From: a virus
Lineage: Duplodnaviria; Caudoviricetes
Virus record (IMG/VR): IMGVR_UViG_3300042923_000857
Coordinates: 1 to 55,722 of that record
Direction: 5' to 3' (one strand)
DNA length: 55,722 nt
Position 1 is the stretch's first letter. Every line of letters starts with the position of its first letter. This document shows positions 54,157 through 55,722 of this stretch, piece after piece. The position numbers were made by a program, and so were the translations under genes. Under the pieces are notes generated by a model. That model ran no database searches, was not told the DNA's origin, and was given only the letters and a program-made list of their open reading frames with translations.

Positions 54157-54283
54157 TTGGAACCTCCTCCGCATATAAGAACCGGATAGCTAACGTTCTC
54201 CAGAACCTTGAATCCCGTACGGAGTAACGTTCCTTTGTGATCAACGGCAACCAACGACTTACAGTGCATGCAGTAGGCATAGT

Positions 54284-54541
54284 TCACGATTTAGCCGTCC
54301 CCCTAAGCAAGTAATCTAAGCTGATGTTAAATCGATTCGTAATCCGCAGTATCATCCGCCGATCCATACCGCGCCTTCCGGTTTCGTAATGGGACAGTGC
54401 GCCGCGGGTGATTCCAAGCAACGTTGCGAATTGTAATTGTGTGAAGCCTGTTTTGAGGCGAATATCTAGGAGTCGTTTGCCGAATGTTGTATTGTCCTCT
54501 TCAATGGCTTCTGTTGGTTGGTTGGGAAGCGTTACGTTCAT
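54284..54541 (-). CDS. XRE-family HTH protein
   Basis: FGKRLLDIR...TQLQFA...ALSHYETG...ISLDYLL. Confidence 0.85.
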   Translation of the reverse strand: MNVTLPNQPTEAIEEDNTTFGKRLLDIRLKTGFTQLQFATLLGITRGALSHYETGRRGMDRRMILRITNRFNISLDYLLRGTAKS

Positions 54542-54632
54542 CTAACCAATCCTCCATCCATAAGCTGAAGAACCAGACGGGAATGTAAATCCAGAAGCCG
54601 ATAAGCATTGAGAGAAGCAACTGCCATATCAT
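54501..54632 (-). CDS. Small hydrophobic peptide (43 aa, MIWQLLLSMLIGFWIYIPVWFFSLW...)
   Basis: Hand-translated; ATG overlaps the upstream stop. Confidence 0.4.
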   Translation of the reverse strand: MIWQLLLSMLIGFWIYIPVWFFSLWMEDWLDERNASQPTNRSH

Positions 54633-54850
54633 GATGTTGGAAATTTCTTGTTGAGGAAGTCACGGAGTTTGTGAATACTTTCGAGGCGATCTATGGTGAA
54701 CGACTTAGCTGGCACTTGAAAACCACTTTCGTAATCGATTGTTTCTTCTTGCATCATCGATAAGACGACTGCCGTTCCGCGTTCTATTACTTGAGCGACC
54801 TGTTTATCGCTTAGAGATGCGGCATCTTGCATATGCGACCTTCTTCCCAT
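54629..54850 (-). CDS. Hypothetical early protein
   Basis: ORF track; downstream of cro. Confidence 0.5.
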   Translation of the reverse strand: MGRRSHMQDAASLSDKQVAQVIERGTAVVLSMMQEETIDYESGFQVPAKSFTIDRLESIHKLRDFLNKKFPTS

Positions 54851-54872
54851 AAATAAAACTCGATATATGACG

Positions 54873-54901
54873 TTGACGTATATATGAGTTTCACTTATAA
54901 T
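54873..54901 (+). promoter_or_regulatory. SigA promoter antisense to cro, pointing toward cI
   Basis: TTGACG-17-TATAAT within an imperfect inverted repeat. Confidence 0.7.
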
Positions 54902-54957
54902 AAATTTTGTAGGGATTTAAGAATTTTTGTAACTCACTCCCATCCACAGTATATTAT

Positions 54958-54972
54958 CCTTAGATTCTAAGT
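54958..54972. promoter_or_regulatory. Operator copy 3
   Basis: CCTTAGATTCTAAGT matches the operator palindrome. Confidence 0.7.
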
Positions 54973-55179
54973 GTTACTGGGTAAAAAAAATTCCATCGGC
55001 TCTCCTAGAGCCTTAGCTATTGCCGCGAACTCCTCTGGCAAAACCTTAGCCCTCCCTCCAAGAATCGCATAAAAACGTGTTGCTTCAATGCCACAATCTT
55101 CAGCTACCTTGTTGAATTTCAAGTCATTGGTGAGAATATGAAGCCGGATCTTCTGTACAACAGGATTCCTTTTGTTCAC
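54967..55179 (-). CDS. Cro-like HTH protein
   Basis: Divergent from the repressor; KVAEDCGIEATRFYAILGG HTH. Confidence 0.8.
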   Translation of the reverse strand: MNKRNPVVQKIRLHILTNDLKFNKVAEDCGIEATRFYAILGGRAKVLPEEFAAIAKALGEPMEFFLPSNT

Positions 55180-55216
55180 GATCCCTTCGATGTATAATCC
55201 CTCCTTTCTTGGTAAA

Positions 55217-55274
55217 CCTTAGAATCTAAGGATTCCGTGTGAACAATATAACCCTTAGATTTTAAGGATGTCAA
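55217..55274 (-). promoter_or_regulatory. Early lytic promoter with two operators
   Basis: TTGACA-18-TATATT (55274-55245); CCTTAGAATCTAAGG at 55217-55231 and CCTTAGATTTTAAGG at 55253-55267. Confidence 0.8.
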
Positions 55275-55368
55275 CAACTTTATTTATTTTTGAGATTTTT
55301 TTTGTAAATTACATAATATTCTTGTTTTCAATAATCTATGGTATCATCAGAAATTGGAGGGGATCTCA

Positions 55369-55722
55369 ATGAGTATCTTGTCAGAGAGGTTAAAAGAGGC
55401 GAGAAAAAGAAAAGGGAAACTGGATGGTAGGAAACTTACTCAAATCATGGTACAAGACGCAACAGGAGTACACAGTAGTACTTTGGGTGGATATGAAAAT
55501 TCAGTGAGTGAGCCCGATTCCGAAACCCTTCTCACTTTGGCTAATTACTATGGGGTCACAACAGATTGGTTGCTCGGGAATACCAGCAATCCGGCCGGTC
55601 ATTTAACTGAGGAGCAGTTAGAGGCGGTAAAGAAAGTAAATATGGACGACGATTCCTTTTTAGACGTTCCATTCATCTTTAATGGCCGTGAATTAACAAG
55701 GGAACAGAAAATTAAACTCCGA
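55369..55722 (+). CDS. cI-like XRE repressor (126 aa; continues across the join through 128-154)
   Basis: Hand-translated MSILSERLKEARK...LTQ...STLGGYEN...EPDSETLLTLANYYGVTTDWLLG; GGAGGGG RBS; stop at 152-154. Confidence 0.88.
   Translation, partial: MSILSERLKEARKRKGKLDGRKLTQIMVQDATGVHSSTLGGYENSVSEPDSETLLTLANYYGVTTDWLLGNTSNPAGHLTEEQLEAVKKVNMDDDSFLDVPFIFNGRELTREQKIKLR
55596..55722. repeat. Terminal direct repeat, right copy
   Basis: Identical to 1-127. Confidence 0.95.

Larger units (their letters stand above)
1..55722. mobile_element. Complete temperate siphophage genome (HK97-type head, probably cos packaging), likely Paenibacillaceae host
   Basis: Full set of switch, replication, packaging, head, tail and lysis modules, plus circular closure. 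Confidence 0.93.

Noticed and set aside
8500-54300. Numerous plus-strand ORFs of 60-200 aa in the ORF track
   Set aside because: They are antisense shadows of well-supported minus-strand genes and lack RBSs or motifs (exception: 30909-31124).

Overview
The window is an apparently complete, circularly closed temperate siphophage genome of about 55,595 bp. Bases 1-127 are identical to 55596-55722, and the repressor ORF reads through that join. The host is most likely Paenibacillaceae/Bacillales, inferred from the copper-amine-oxidase N-terminal domains, XkdX, ArpU and the AgrD type. Almost all genes are on the minus strand. From right to left: a cI/cro-like switch with three palindromic operators; recombination and replication genes (SMC-like ATPase, RecT, PD-(D/E)XK nuclease, O-like initiator with iterons, loader, DnaB, RuvC-like, DnaN); two DNA methyltransferases; ArpU; a large serine recombinase; an IcaC-like acyltransferase moron; a ~730-nt non-coding, highly structured late leader with two tRNA-like folds; HNH, terminase, HK97-type head and long-tail genes; a beta-helix tailspike; and holins plus a three-domain endolysin. 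Two notable modules lie between lysis and repressor, where an integrase would normally sit. (1) A VirB2-like pilin, M23 peptidase and VirB4/HerA-like ATPase cassette. (2) The best candidate for a new system: a phage agr-like peptide-signalling operon of AlpA-like regulator, kinase-less polytopic membrane protein, AgrB, an unannotated 41-aa AgrD and a stand-alone LytTR protein. It has no histidine kinase or receiver domain, lies next to the immunity region, and has a candidate LytTR target promoter (21-bp-period direct repeat) at 30791-30830. All calls come from reading motifs by eye; no database searches were run.
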